Positions 13,149 to 26,064 of a DNA stretch of 64,000 nt are shown here, piece by piece; the first letter of the stretch is position 1; each line of letters begins with the position of its first letter. Both the position numbers and the translations under genes were made by a program. The DNA lies in contig NC_087249.1 of the NCBI RefSeq assembly GCF_037042905.1, positions 52,204,001-52,268,000 on the forward strand, given 5' to 3'. This stretch comes from Lytechinus pictus. Its lineage: Eukaryota. Under the pieces are notes generated by a model. That model was not told where the DNA came from and searched no databases. It worked only from the letters and a program-made list of their open reading frames with translations.

Positions 13149-14120
13149 ATGTCGTCTGATCAAAAGGAACAGAAAACATCGCCAGTTCCGACGAATGAAA
13201 AGGGCGAATATAAAGGGGCTACGACTGCATTTCGCAACTGGATCACGGCCGATGGAGAATTTCAGCCGGAGAAAAGCCGTTATCATCTGTACGTGTCATT
13301 GGCATGCCCGTGGGCTTCCCGAACTCTCGTAACGCGTAAACTAAAGGGACTGGAGGATACCATTGGAGTTACGGTGGTAGATTGGTTGATGGGAGAGAAA
13401 GGATGGTTCTTTTCGAATGATAAACCGAAGACATCACTCGATACAGTCAACAACTGCAAATATATGAGGGAGATTTACGAGCTCGCAAGCCCGGGTTACA
13501 ACGGTCGCGTGTCTGTACCCGTACTTTGGGATAAGAAGAACAGAACCATCGTCAACAATGAATCTGCCGAGATCATGAGGATGTTCAACAAGGAGTTCAA
13601 TGCCTTTTCCGCCACCAAGGAACAAGGAGAATTGGATCTGTGCCCTCCAGATCTGTTGAAAGATATTGATGAGGTTAATTCCTGGATCTATGAGAACATC
13701 AACATTGGAGTTTACAAATGTGGCTTCGCCACCAGTCAGGAAGCTTATGATGATGCTGCTCCTAAACTGTTTGCCGCCCTTGACAGGGCCGAAGAAGTGT
13801 TGTCTAAATCCCGATATCTTTGCGGAGATAGAATGACAGAAGCCGACATTCGACTCTTCACTACTCTCGTCAGGTTCGATACGGTCTACGCCCATCATTT
13901 CAAGTGCAACAAGAAGCGGATCGTTGACTACCCGAATCTTTGGGGTTTCACCAGGGATATCTTCCAGACTCCAGGAGTAAGTGAGACTGTAGATCAAGAA
14001 CACATCCAGAAGCACTACCAAGTGAGCCACGTACACATCAATCCGAATCGCATAGTGGCCATTGGGCCCGACCTGGACTTTAATAGCCCACATGGAAGAG
14101 ACGTAAAATTTTCCAAGTAG
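13149..14120 (+). CDS. Glutathionyl-hydroquinone reductase (GST Xi class, YqjG/ECM4 family), 323 aa; an in-frame upstream ATG at 13023 would add 42 aa
   Basis: RYHLYVSLACPWA active site, VSVPVLWD, IVNNES, GVYKCGFA, TEADIRLFTTLVRFD, HFKCN, IQKHY..SH..INP..IV.IGP. The ORF is uninterrupted. Confidence 0.95.
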   Translation: MSSDQKEQKTSPVPTNEKGEYKGATTAFRNWITADGEFQPEKSRYHLYVSLACPWASRTLVTRKLKGLEDTIGVTVVDWLMGEKGWFFSNDKPKTSLDTVNNCKYMREIYELASPGYNGRVSVPVLWDKKNRTIVNNESAEIMRMFNKEFNAFSATKEQGELDLCPPDLLKDIDEVNSWIYENINIGVYKCGFATSQEAYDDAAPKLFAALDRAEEVLSKSRYLCGDRMTEADIRLFTTLVRFDTVYAHHFKCNKKRIVDYPNLWGFTRDIFQTPGVSETVDQEHIQKHYQVSHVHINPNRIVAIGPDLDFNSPHGRDVKFSK

Positions 14121-14318
14121 ATAGGTCCGAGATAGGTCTACATCTTGAGGATTTTACTGCTATACCCTTATGATTATGCTACCTAGGCTTGACATTGTAC
14201 TAGCTAAAAATCTGTTCATAGCCCTATCTATATATTAAATCAGTTGAAAAGCAGTCTATAATTGTTACCAATTGTTATCTCAAATGTGTGAATTATTTTA
14301 AGAATATTCAATAAAACA

Positions 14319-14674
14319 TTACAAGCGAAACTCGGTGAAAGAATACATAGAATATCTTTTTATCACGACATTGTACAGAAAATAGTGAGCCGTCATTTTA
14401 GGAATCGATTGCTGTCAGTGGCGTACCTAGGATTTTTCACAGGGGGGGCAAAATTGGCCGCCCAAAAATTTGACAAGCAAAAAAAAAAAAAAAAAAAAAA
14501 AGGTCTTCAAAATCTCGTCAGGGGGGGGGCAGAGTGCCCCCCCTGCCCCCCCCGTAGGTACGCTAGTGATTGCTGTTACAAGCGAAACTCGGTGAAAGAA
14601 TACATAGAATATCTTTTTATCACGACATTGTACAGAAAATAGTGAGCCGTCATTTTAGGAATCGATTGCTGTCA
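14319..14674. repeat. 99-bp direct duplication (14319-14417 and 14576-14674) around the MITE
   Basis: Identical ttacaagcgaaactc...cgattgctgtca occurs twice. Confidence 0.9.
14416..14568. mobile_element. hAT MITE with 8-bp TSD
   Basis: TIRs CAGTGGCGTACCTA / TAGGTACGCTAGTG; TSD ATTGCTGT. Confidence 0.85.
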
Positions 14675-15685
14675 TAGATATTATGCATTAACTATTTTTT
14701 TTCATCATTTTTACTTTGAAATTGTAGAATAACGTTCCATCATTAATTCGAAATGTATATTTACTCCGTTGTGAATTGCCTTGACGGTTCTTCCGTTTTT
14801 AAAGGATAGGGCCTATATATACCCTTTTTAATATGAACTCGTTGTTTTTTGTGTTTTCATGGCAATGTTTTTTTTTTCAAAATAGGACTGTGAATGGGGA
14901 AGTTCTACTCGAAGGTTAAATGTATTCTGCTATAGACAACTTTGAATCATTATTAATTTTCTTTTCATCTCACATTACTTGTTAATTTTATCTATTCATT
15001 AGACTATCAATTCACTTAGTTTCAACTCTGCAATTATTCATAGTGATATCTCTTATGACTCTCCAATCTTCAGTGACTCACCCTACCCTATACCAGGGGC
15101 GGTGATGCTGGGGGCGATCATCCCCTTTGATTTTTTTTATACCTCTAAGTATTGATTAAACTAGAACTAGAGGAGAAAGGGGGGAAATTGAATAAGAAAG
15201 AAGAATTTAGGAAAAGACTCTTGGTAATAATCATGTGATTGGAAGGGGGAAAAATTACGCCACATCTTGACCCTTATCAAAATAGTCTAGCACCGCCCCT
15301 GTTTCCAACATAAACCAGACAAATTCATATATCCCTTTCTACCACAAGCAAACAGAGAACATAGAGGCCAGTAGTATTTCATATGTTTTCCCTGTCGATA
15401 TATTTTTACGATAACAGATTCATTCAGGACTATATACATGATATAGGAGTGCCAAACTGCCAATATCGTTTTCATTTCAATTGCGAGAAGGGAAGGTGTT
15501 GTTTTTGTGGTTAATACTTATCATTTCGCATTTCCATTTTAAACGAAAAACTTCCATTCACAAAATGGCTGCCTCCATTGTATTCAACCGTCTCGCTAGT
15601 GCTTTTCAGACAAAAGATTTCTGAACTCTGTAGCAATTTACTCTTTATGGTCGAACTGCATTATTGACTTCAAATATATGCAAAC

Positions 15686-15998
15686 CAGGAGCGTACGCAG
15701 GGGATGGTTACAGGGGTTCAAACCTCCCTTTAATTGTTTTGATACGACCCCCCCCCTAAAATATGTTTGAAGACTTTTTTCTTTTTCTTTTTCTTCTTTT
15801 TTTCTTGTCAAAATGTTTGGTGGTACGAAACGACGTAAAATTTGTGGTGAAGACTTTTTTTTTTGCTTATCAATTCTTTTGGGGGGAATAAACGACCTGA
15901 AGTTGGTGGTAAAGACTTTTTTTCGGGGGGGGGGGGTTGGCAACATTTCATTCAGCTTTAACCCCCCCCCCCTTGTAAAAATCCTGCGTACGCTACTG
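15686..15998. mobile_element. hAT MITE
   Basis: TIRs CAGGAGCGTACGCAGG / CCTGCGTACGCTACTG; TSD ATGCAAAC/ATGCAAGC. Confidence 0.8.
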
Positions 15999-16640
15999 AT
16001 GCAAGCACATGTGTGAATGTGGCGATATTTTATTGAAGCGATTATGAGAATAGGGTATGATTATGATCATACAGAAAATGTAATACTGGAGGGAAAGAGA
16101 GACGGCAGTGAGAGAAAATGGATTAAATTATTTTAAGAGCACCGTGGAGTATAGCAATCAGATTGCCTTTTAGTTGTATTCATAATTTATTTTGTATTCT
16201 TCATTTTTTTAGAGAAAAGTAGAATCAGAAATGTAACTCAAAATAATGTATGTTTAATTGATTGCAACTTTTTGTACAGAATAGATTTGTATTTACTCTT
16301 TATTTTGTGAATGATTGATTTTATATTCTCTGTTACTCGATCCTATTAAAGGCCAAATCCACTCCGACCAAAACTTGATTCGAATAAATATAATAAAATC
16401 AAACAAGCACAACACTTCTTGTAGATTTGATGATGGAGAAGCTCTTTATCATTAATAGTTTTACAATGGCGAGGACCAGTCAATAATGCATAAGACGTGA
16501 AATAAAATTGTTCAAGTTTTTAAGATTAAATTAAAAGAAATATTGTGCGACACCATCAGCCACCTTTTCAGTGTTATACCTGTTTGAGTTTCTTTTCTTG
16601 TCATTCATATCAACGTGTTGTGGTGGATAACGTGCACTCC

Positions 16641-16840
16641 TATCAGTCAAAATGACTAGATCAGTTAGTCGGCTGGGTGCAACTGATATGACTAGTCACA
16701 TTTCTGACGTATATTCTAGTCAGAAATAACTCTGCTCTAGTAAAATACGACTAGAAAATAGTGAAATATGATTAGAATAACAGTTGCACCCAGCTGACTC
16801 GATTAACTAGTCATTTTGACTGATTTGTTTTTTAGAGTGT
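16641..16840. mobile_element. Palindromic MITE
   Basis: atcagtcaaaatgactag...gctgggtgcaactg mirrors cagttgcacccagc...ctagtcattttgactgat. Confidence 0.65.
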
Positions 16841-17226
16841 GGCATGTAATTTACGTATTCACTTCTCCAGTCTCTATAGCTATTGTATTTCTATGATTGA
16901 ATGACCTATACGAGAATAAAGGCCCTACATCTCAATTCATAGTATATAGGTCTATATTAAAATACATTCAAGGAAAAGAAGAGGGAAATAAACTGTAGTC
17001 ATTCTGATGTATTCTTTTATTTGACAGATGGAAAAAAATGTATGAACCAGTAACAGAAAATAAAGCGAGGGCGTGTGGCAAAGGCGAAATGGTTAGCTAA
17101 AGAGGAAGCGGAGAGAGAGAGGGAGGGGGGGTGAGGGGTGTAGAAAGATGCCCCCACCATGCGCAATGTGCAGGGAGAACAAGCTAGGGAGAGGGTGAAA
17201 CGAGGCTAAGTGGATAGAGGGAGGCG

Positions 17227-17712
17227 CAGGGGCGGCGATCCTGGGGGGGGGGCACAGTGCCCCCACTTTTTGATGCACTGAAAAAGTTCCCTTTTTATGC
17301 AAGAAAAATGCCCCTTACGATCACGTTCTGTGCCCGAAGGAGGACCCTTTTTGTGTGAGCAAGTACATGTCCCCTTGCCTTCTTGTAAGTGCCCTTTCTC
17401 GAATCAGTGCCCCTCATGAACGTGTACTGTGCACCTTTCACCTGAGGAGGACCCGTTTTAGGTGTTACCAAGTGCCCTTTCTCGTATAAGTGCTTACATT
17501 TCCCAAAATGCCCCTTCTCAAACGTATTATGTGCCCCTTTCACCTTAGAAGGACCCGTTTTATGTGTGAGCAAGTGCCCCCTTACTTCTTATAGGTGCCC
17601 TTTCTAGTATCAGTGCCCCCTTTTACCCAAGAAAAGTGCCCCTCACGAACATGTTATGTGCCCCTTTCGCCTGAGAAAGACCCGTTTTATATGTTAACGA
17701 GTGCCCCTTTGA
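17227..17712. repeat. hAT-like end followed by a degenerate GTGCCCCTT minisatellite
   Basis: CAGGGGCGGCGATCC terminus, then more than 15 gtgccc(c)tt units. Confidence 0.6.
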
Positions 17713-18942
17713 AACAAGAAAACAATATTTTCATTTTTATGTTTTTTTTTACTTCTGACGAAGAAAAAAACTTGTAAAAACAATCCTACGTGTGTTAAGT
17801 TTCATGAGTCATGTGAGTGGGGTATATAAGCAGTGGCGTACAGATTGGGGGCTCTTGCCACCCCCTAAAAAAAATCACAACCAAGAAAAAAAAATGGAAG
17901 AGAGGAGGGTGAATTATGATGTGTCAATATATATATTACAAAATTGGATTTTCGTTAAAAAATGTCAAAATTTTCGCTCGCTCACAGCTTCTTATAAATT
18001 TTGTGTGATATGACAACATATCCAGCCCCCTCAACATTTTTGGCTCATTACGACGCTGTAGATACGTCATTTTTCTTTGTTTTAAGATGGTTCCGAAGGA
18101 AAAGGTGCCCTGTTTTCCCTGTGCCCCCCCCCCCCCACTTTCAACTTCGCTCCGCCGCCCCTGGGGAGGAGAGAGGAATGATAATGTCGAAATGAGAAAT
18201 TGCAAAGAGCGGGAGAATGGAATAATAAAGAGTGAGACTTTTGGGGGGAAAGCGAAATAGAAGAGGCCAGAGGGTGTGGCGGTATAAATATTAATGATAA
18301 AATCAATAATATTGTATTTTCAATAAATCCTTAATTATAAAAAGATTGTGCTCTTACAGAAGAAACATCTAGCTTGAAAAATTTGTCAAAGTTTGACGGA
18401 AATTTGTCAAGGGATACTGGAACAGACATACCTGAAACCATTTTTCAGGAAGGATACAGTAACAAAATGATAAAAATCTTTCGAGGCCATTCATTTTAGT
18501 ACAAGTTAATAACACAGTGCAGATTCTTTGGTATTGAATGGCTTTCTCATTTCCTGTTGCTAAATTCATTGAAGCATTTTTAAATAATGTTCCACTATCA
18601 CACAATCAATGGTATCTCCTCTACTTCTTTTCCAATAAACTTCAGAGGGCTCTGTATAGCCTAAATATCTCCCAATCTTGTGCATCTAGACTTGGCAGCG
18701 TCCCTCACTTCTTTTCCCTATATGACCCGATTTGACCCTATTTTATAGTAAACACCCACTCGATCGATCGCTAAGCTATAGACTCACATAAATATGAAAA
18801 ATAGTTCAATTTGCTTTTGTATTTTTCAAATGAGAGAATATACCATGGCACATTCTTTCATTTTTCTTACCACTTAAAGACGGATCAATATGTAAATAGA
18901 CTAAGAACAAACTAATATTTACTTATGAGTTATACCCACACA

Positions 18943-20428
18943 CAGTGGCGTACCGTGGGTCACGGCATTGGGGGGGGGGGGGCACCAGCAAAAATTTCGG
19001 GTCACTTAGGGAGCGCGCGAAGCGCGCTCAGTTGTCAGGTATACTGACCTAATAGAGATATTTTAAGGACATGCAGTGCCATTAAACGGATATGTATCTC
19101 ACTGATTAAATAATGCGAGCGCGAGCTGAAAATTTATGATATTCAGAGCTGAAAATGGACATTATAAGCAAATTATTTGTAATCATGATACTTAACTGTC
19201 TCGCTAAACAAACAATGCGAGCGCGAAGCTAAATTTTTGTATATATTGACCCTCAACAAGGAAATTTTAAGGATTATATTTTAGAATCCATTAAGAGTAT
19301 AATTATCTCACCATAGTCATCTAATGCTAGTGCCATCCTTTGCTGATATTGTTAGAATTACATCTAAACACAGTCATGAAGCACCTTTTGTAGTCATGAT
19401 TATCATACGCATCTTACTAATCAAATACTGCAAGCGCAAAAGCGCGAGCTGAAAATTCAGGAAATTTAGACCTGAAGAGGGGCATTCTAAGGCTTGTTTG
19501 TAGGAATTCTCTAAAACCCTACGTATTTGACTAACCAAATGATGCGAGCGCGAAGCGCGAGCTGAAATTTTTGTATATATTGACCCCAAACATGGATATT
19601 TTAAGGACTATAGTTAGGAATCCATTAAGTCAGAGTATACATATCTCACCATAGTCATCTAATGCGAGTGCCAAGCGCTTGCTGATTTTGTTAGAATTAC
19701 ATATAAACACATGAAGCACTTTTTGAAGTCATTATAATCATGATTATCATACGCATCTCATTAATCAAATACTGCGAGCGCGAAGCGCGAGCTGAAAATC
19801 TAGGAAATTCAGATCTGAAGAGGGGCATTCTAAGGCTTGTTTGTAGGAATTCACTTAGACCCTACGTATTTCACTAACCAAATGATTTTTTGATATTTAG
19901 ATCAGAAAAATGACATTTTAAGGACTGATTTTAGGAGTTCACGAAGAGCAGAAATCTCACCAATCCACTAATGCGAACGTTAGCACGGACATGAAATGTT
20001 TTATATTAAGACCTTAAAATAGGGCAATCACTTTCATTAGTCACAAAAAAGAAGAATGTGTCACTACTTAAAACAATAACTCTAATTGCGAGGAAATATA
20101 TTATTTTGTTGTATATTGATTTGAAAACGGGAGGCTTTAGTACAGCAGGTTTATATATCTCGTTAAACAGTCTATGCGAGCACCAGGAACAATGAAGACA
20201 CAATTAAGCAAATAATGTTTCATAAAGTTATGAAAAAATGCTTCTTATGTTATATAACATAATATAATATAACACTATAATGAACAACAATTTCTTCTTT
20301 CCCCACTACGTTTCTCTTCCTTTTCCCTCTTTTTCTCCTTTTCCCCGTTTTTTTTTTTTTTTTTTTTGCCAGCCGATTGGGGGGGGGCACGTGCCCCCCC
20401 ATGCCCCCCCCCCGTAGTTACGCCACTG
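18943..20428. mobile_element. Non-autonomous hAT element with 8-bp TSD and an internal tandem duplication
   Basis: TIRs CAGTGGCGTA / TACGCCACTG; TSD CCCACACA; ~340-bp internal duplication; GCGCGAAGCGCGAGC motifs. Confidence 0.88.
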
Positions 20429-20926
20429 CCCACACAACATGAAAACCATTTGACATTGTACATCTCCAACCAATTTCCGTTTCATACTGAGGTATTTTAT
20501 TCTTTAGCAATTCCATTCTTAACGTTTCAAATTCATTTCAAATTCCGTATAAAAATAATTATTGAAAGAGATCCGGGCCCGCTGCAAGCAAAAAAAAAAA
20601 AAAAAAACCTTTGTGGCAACAATCTAATTTCAAACCTTCTTGCAATACCACCCAATGGCAACTATCATGGTAATTATGTTCAATAGCAAATCACAATCAA
20701 GGATTCCGTTATTAATGTTATCAAATACTAATCATACACCAATTTTATATAAACAACATGTCCCCTAGATGGCTTATCTGAAACAGTAACGTAACGTTAG
20801 TAATATGTGTGCACTTTGAATTTGACAGTACAATGATATCAATGGATGGAATGTACAAATATTTTATTTGCACCATCAGTTCTGATAGAGGTCTACTCGG
20901 GTGTACATGCATATCGATTCGTCCTG

Positions 20927-21064
20927 GGGAGCATTTCATCAACATTTTCGTCCGACAAGTTGTCAGATCTTACAACTTTCCTTGATAATGATTGGCTGAG
21001 AGTCACCGTTACCATAGTAGCTGTCGGATAAAACGTCCGACAAGTCCTTTCATGAAACGCTCCC
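20927..21064. mobile_element. PIF/Harbinger-like MITE
   Basis: TIRs GGGAGCATTTCAT / ATGAAACGCTCCC; 3-bp TSD CTG. Confidence 0.65.
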
Positions 21065-21873
21065 CTGATATTGGACATTTGTTTCAAAGTTGCAGAATCA
21101 TCGTGCATGTGATAATGAATATGATTAAAGGCATTATTCACTTTAACCTCTATTTTGGAGGCGGTTTAAACGACGCAAGTATAATATTTATATTATAGTA
21201 TCTTTTACCTTCGGAAACAAAATAAACAACAAATATTTCAATGTAATGCATTCAATGGAATCAATGCAATAATAGACTCACACTAAACAAGATCTTTTCA
21301 AATTCTAGATTTTAAACACATAACTAATGACGATATAGTGCCCCGTTGTATAAATAATAATGATAATAATAATGATAATAATAATTACAATAATAATAAT
21401 AGTAAATTTATAATATCAAGGTAACTTTGACATCCAATAGTAATTTCCATGGTTACTATACAACGCACAGCATCATATAAAGATCAAATATTAAAAGCTA
21501 TACACTGCTGATAGAGTAGACATTATACTCTTCAATTCATATAAGTGTGCCAGTCTAAATTTCAGAATGAGACTTGTTTTACATTAAAGGCTATCTTCTC
21601 CTTGCGATCCTATAAATCATGTTGGTATTATAACTTCATTATTATCTTTATTATGATATAAAATGTATGACATGATTATATAGAAACATAACTATGTTTT
21701 TTAAACAAAAATCGAACACCAAGTATATACATCATATAGCAAATAAGTCTCTTATTGAATGATCAAAATGTCTGTAAGTACTGTCACCATTAATTAAGTC
21801 TGATCATGGTCTGCACTTTTGAAGACAATCTCAAGATGATAAAGTACAAACATTATGTGAAAACGTGCTCGAC

Positions 21874-21979
21874 CTATTTCTGGAATTGGACATCTCTGCC
21901 GTGAGGACTATTGAAGTCAATATCTGGACCGATGGCCACAATGCGATGTGGGTTGATGCTATTATGGCTCACTTGGTAG
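21874..21979 (-). pseudogene. Detached C-terminal coding segment of GHR paralogue 2
   Basis: YQVSHNSINPHRIVAIGPDIDFNSPHGRDVQFQK* matches the C-terminus of paralogue 1. Confidence 0.9.
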
Positions 21980-24900
21980 TAGACAAGACCAATATGGGGA
22001 GAACTTGAGTTTAAGGAGCATTTTGGGGTAAAAGTTGGGAACCGGTCTATTTCACCTAATTTGAATGTGCTGAATCTGATAAGATCGGTTCCCAAGCCAA
22101 TTTTTCATGTTTTGACCACCTAATTTGCATTTAAAAAATGGCTGCCAAATTGATAATTTATAATCTTATTTCTACACTATTCTTTTATAAGAATCGCTTT
22201 CACCGATATGGATACTGCAAAATCCTGCATACTGAACATGTACCATTCGGGAAAATTTGTTATTTCTGTTTCCAGCTAATTATTTATGCAAATTTATGCA
22301 TATTTTGCAATATTATGCTATAATTTGATAATTACACTTAAAATGTTTATTATTTTGGGTACAAATAGCATTTGTATCATTGTGATAATTGTTTGGCCCT
22401 TAAATATATAATACTCGGTCAATTTTATATGTATTTTATTGTTCTTTGATATTTATTTTGTGTTCTTGTATTTTCTGCCATTTGCTTTGTATATGTTTGA
22501 TATGAGATCTTTAAAAAATAATATCAATGGCAGACAAATTTTAAGCTTCAATGATAGAATCATTTGATAAACTTCTTTGCCACAACTGTTAATTGTACTC
22601 AGGAACAAATACACACACATGCTCACACACCCACACCTGTATAAAGAAAGTAATATACTTGCAAGGTATATTAGACATGCCCAATATGAAAACATTGATG
22701 CTGATCCTATAATCAATTACCAAATTCAATGAACCCGTAAGAAAAGAAGAGTTAGAAGTTGGAAAACCTGTAATCATGCTGAACTTAAATTTCTTGAAAT
22801 TTAAGTTATTTAGTTTTTTATAACAGATCTAATAATCAATTTAACGTATGATTTACGCAGTGCAATTTATTAATCGGATATAAGTAGCAGTACATCCTTG
22901 TAGCAAAATTATATCTTTGATTCAGCTCCATCAGAACTGCGACCATGGCAGTTAACCAAAGAACAATTTGTAAGAAATGCAAAGGGTCTGTATTACTGGA
23001 TCGCTTACTAATTTTTTTGGTCATTACTGATTTATTTATTTATTTATTTGGCAACGATACATTTTTCCCAAGTCAACCATCAAAGTGATAACTGAAAACC
23101 ACAGCTTCTATCCAGTCCTTGCCTAGGAAGATTCTTTGACGAACGATACTGAATACAGAAGAGGAAATGATAAAAAAACATGCGGCTAAACATAGATTAA
23201 CTCCATGGTAAAAACATGGGGAAAACAAGGTTTCCAGCCCAGTCCCTGCCCAATGCAGAACTAATTTTCACAGTGTGTCCTATGGTTAAAAAGTGCTAGA
23301 AATGCCTGTTGAAGGTAAACCAACATGGAGACAGTTGCAGAAATCCGGTCTAGAGGTTATCCGGTCATGGATGATATTTTCCGCACCACCGCATGTAAGA
23401 CAATGTCTGATCTCAGCAATTCTGTGGAGGAGGTAAATATGTAGATTGGCAGACATGTGATGTGTGTTTCTTCATGCTCATTGTTATATCAAAGACTACG
23501 CCAAGAGATCTAGCCTTGCATACTGAGATATGTAGCTTCCTCACCTATTAATACTGGAGTTGTAGTCATAATAATTACGCATATATGGAGATGACAAAAC
23601 AAGATACTTCGCTTTTTACTGTTAAGCTCCAGGAAGTTGACCTTCATCCAACATCGAATCCTCAATGGCAGCACCAACAACAGCAGCAGCTGCACGAACC
23701 TCTGTATCTTTAACTTTAAAATCAAAAGTGAGGTATAAAGCTGGATGTCATCAGCATAGAAGTGTATACCAAGACCATGTTGCCACATTATAGAGCCAAG
23801 AGGAGTGATGTACAGTTTGAAGAACAAGGGACAAGGACAGACTCCCAAGGAACTCCATATCAAAGGGTAGTCACAGGAGACTGCATACCAGTGATGAATA
23901 CAGCTTCATACAGCTCTATTGGCAAGGTAAGAGGAAACCTGCCATTGGAGTGCAGAATCATCAATTCCAAAACAGACTGTCAGTCTCCCAAGAAGAATGA
24001 CATGTTCAGGTATCAAAACCGGTTAACAAGTCAAACATAACTTAGGCAACTGCTTTCCTCATAGAAAGATAAATCCTGGCTCTACAATCGAAGAAATTCT
24101 CGACCTAGACTTTGATGGTGATATCTCAGACTCGCATGCAGCCTATCAGAGCTGGGTAAGCTATTGGATGCTGTTGGGTTTAATACCGATCAAAAGAAGT
24201 GGATTAATAATCACCTGCAGGAACGCCAAACATGCCAGGAACCCACCATCCTCTGAAATATATCTTCGTTATCAATTTGAAATAGTCTATCTTATGAAGA
24301 TATGAAGATGTGTGAATATTAGAAGTTCGATAAACGGCCTAGAAGACATTAGGCAATTCACTGTGGTATTGAAAAGGTGCACTTCGAGCATTTTAACACC
24401 TGGAACAACAACTGGTTAGACAGCAGATTCTCTCTCAAGACAAAAATTTAGGTTTTGTTTATGGATTTGTGACATGAGAATCGGACATATCTCATGAACA
24501 CAAACACGATGACTTCGATACGAACTGCCTCCGCAGAATACTTGTACTAAATTGGTTTGATTTCAACAATTAGAGATGACTTTTATAATATGATGCTGCC
24601 CTATCAATCAAGCTTTCCAATGGAACACCAAATCGATGATAACTGACATTGATCATTCAACACCCGCCGCCTAAGGTAAAGGTGTATATCAAGCTGGGGG
24701 AAGCTGGATGCCTCTAAGTTAGATGAAGCGGCAATCCTAGATAGGTTAGGTGCAGTACTGCATTGGAAAAAATATATTATGGAGATACACATGTAATCCG
24801 TTAATGAAATCCAATGATAAAAAAATTGTTATTAAAATGATATCCAGTGACTTATTCGTTGTGGAACTTTAGAACATCACAGTCTGGCTTTTAAAACACG

Positions 24901-26064
24901 GAAAACGGTCTAATTGGTAGGCAAAATAAAAAATTTGATGAATTATATGTGGGTTCAGTTCTGATTTTTTTTTCAAAATTGGGACAATTTGACAAGCGTA
25001 ATGGAGAGAAACACAGGACATCTCATTTTCAGCAGACTGTTTTCACTTCATTTTGCTGAAGAAAAACACTAAATATATATACATGTATGAGTGATCAGAT
25101 TCTGTTGGTCAGGAACATAACTACTCCAAAGGATATTAAATGCAACTGATTGACTATTAGGAGTTGAGAATTACAGTACTATTATGATTCAAATTTAATA
25201 ATTCATCATCTAAAATTGTGAATATGAATAAATTGATTGATATCATAATTCAAGATACCATTTTATAATAAAAATTTTAGCAATTAATAGTGACATTCCC
25301 TTGAATACAGATAGGTTCATGAAATTCGTTGGATCTCCACCAGTGTGCTTTTAAATGGGAAAGCCCTCCGTGCAGGAGTTTACCTTTGTACGCAGATGTG
25401 GGTGTGGGAGTGGGTGCATCTGTTTATGCCCATGGATATATGCGAATAAAAAATTTAAAAAAGTGATTACATAATTAAATCATTGAAGATTATTATTTTC
25501 TGCCATTGATAATCAATAATTTGACAGATCCCATAACAAAACATGTACAAAACAAAAGGTACAAAATACAAAGAAATACATAAGAAATTCAAAAACAATA
25601 ATATACATTATTATTCACTGTGATATCATATTCTAAGGGCCGTACAATTATTTATAATGATTTAAATGCTATTTGTACCAAAAATATAAACATTTGAGCT
25701 GAAATTATCAAATTATAGCATAATGATCCAAAATATGCATAAATTTGCATAATTAATTAGCCGCAAACAAAAATAACAAGTTTTCCCGAAAGGTACACGT
25801 GCGTATGCAGGATTTTGCAGTATTCATGTCTGTGAAAGCGAATATGATTAAAGAACATTGTCGAAATAATATTCTGAATTGTCAATTTGGCAGCCATTTT
25901 GTATATGCAAATTAGGTGGTCAAAACATGAGAAATTAGCTTGGGAACCGATCTTATCAGATTCAGCATATATGAATTGTGTGAAATAGTCCAGTTCCCAA
26001 CTTTTACCCCAAAATGCTTCTTAAAATTTATATAGGCCTCTTTTTCCAGAATGTGTCTAGTCTA
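21980..26064. mobile_element. Non-autonomous long-TIR DNA transposon, Academ-like, inserted in GHR paralogue 2
   Basis: Termini TAGAC...GTCTA; imperfect TIRs of ~500 bp; 3-bp TSD TAG (21977-21979, 26065-26067). The superfamily is inferred from the termini and TSD only. Confidence 0.75.
23400..24800 (-). mobile_element. Highly decayed L2-type LINE fragment inside the Academ-like element
   Basis: PLFFKLYITPLGSIMWQHGLGIHFYADDIQLY...WMKVNFLELN, an RT YADD region. Boundaries are approximate. Confidence 0.7.

Noticed and set aside
13434-14093. Long antisense ORFs on both GHR genes (also 26067-26648)
   Set aside because: Shadow frames of the coding strand with no domain similarity.
21980-26064. 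Ordinary intron in GHR paralogue 2
   Set aside because: No GT-AG at the junctions; TIRs and a TSD show an insertion; paralogue 1 is continuous at this point.
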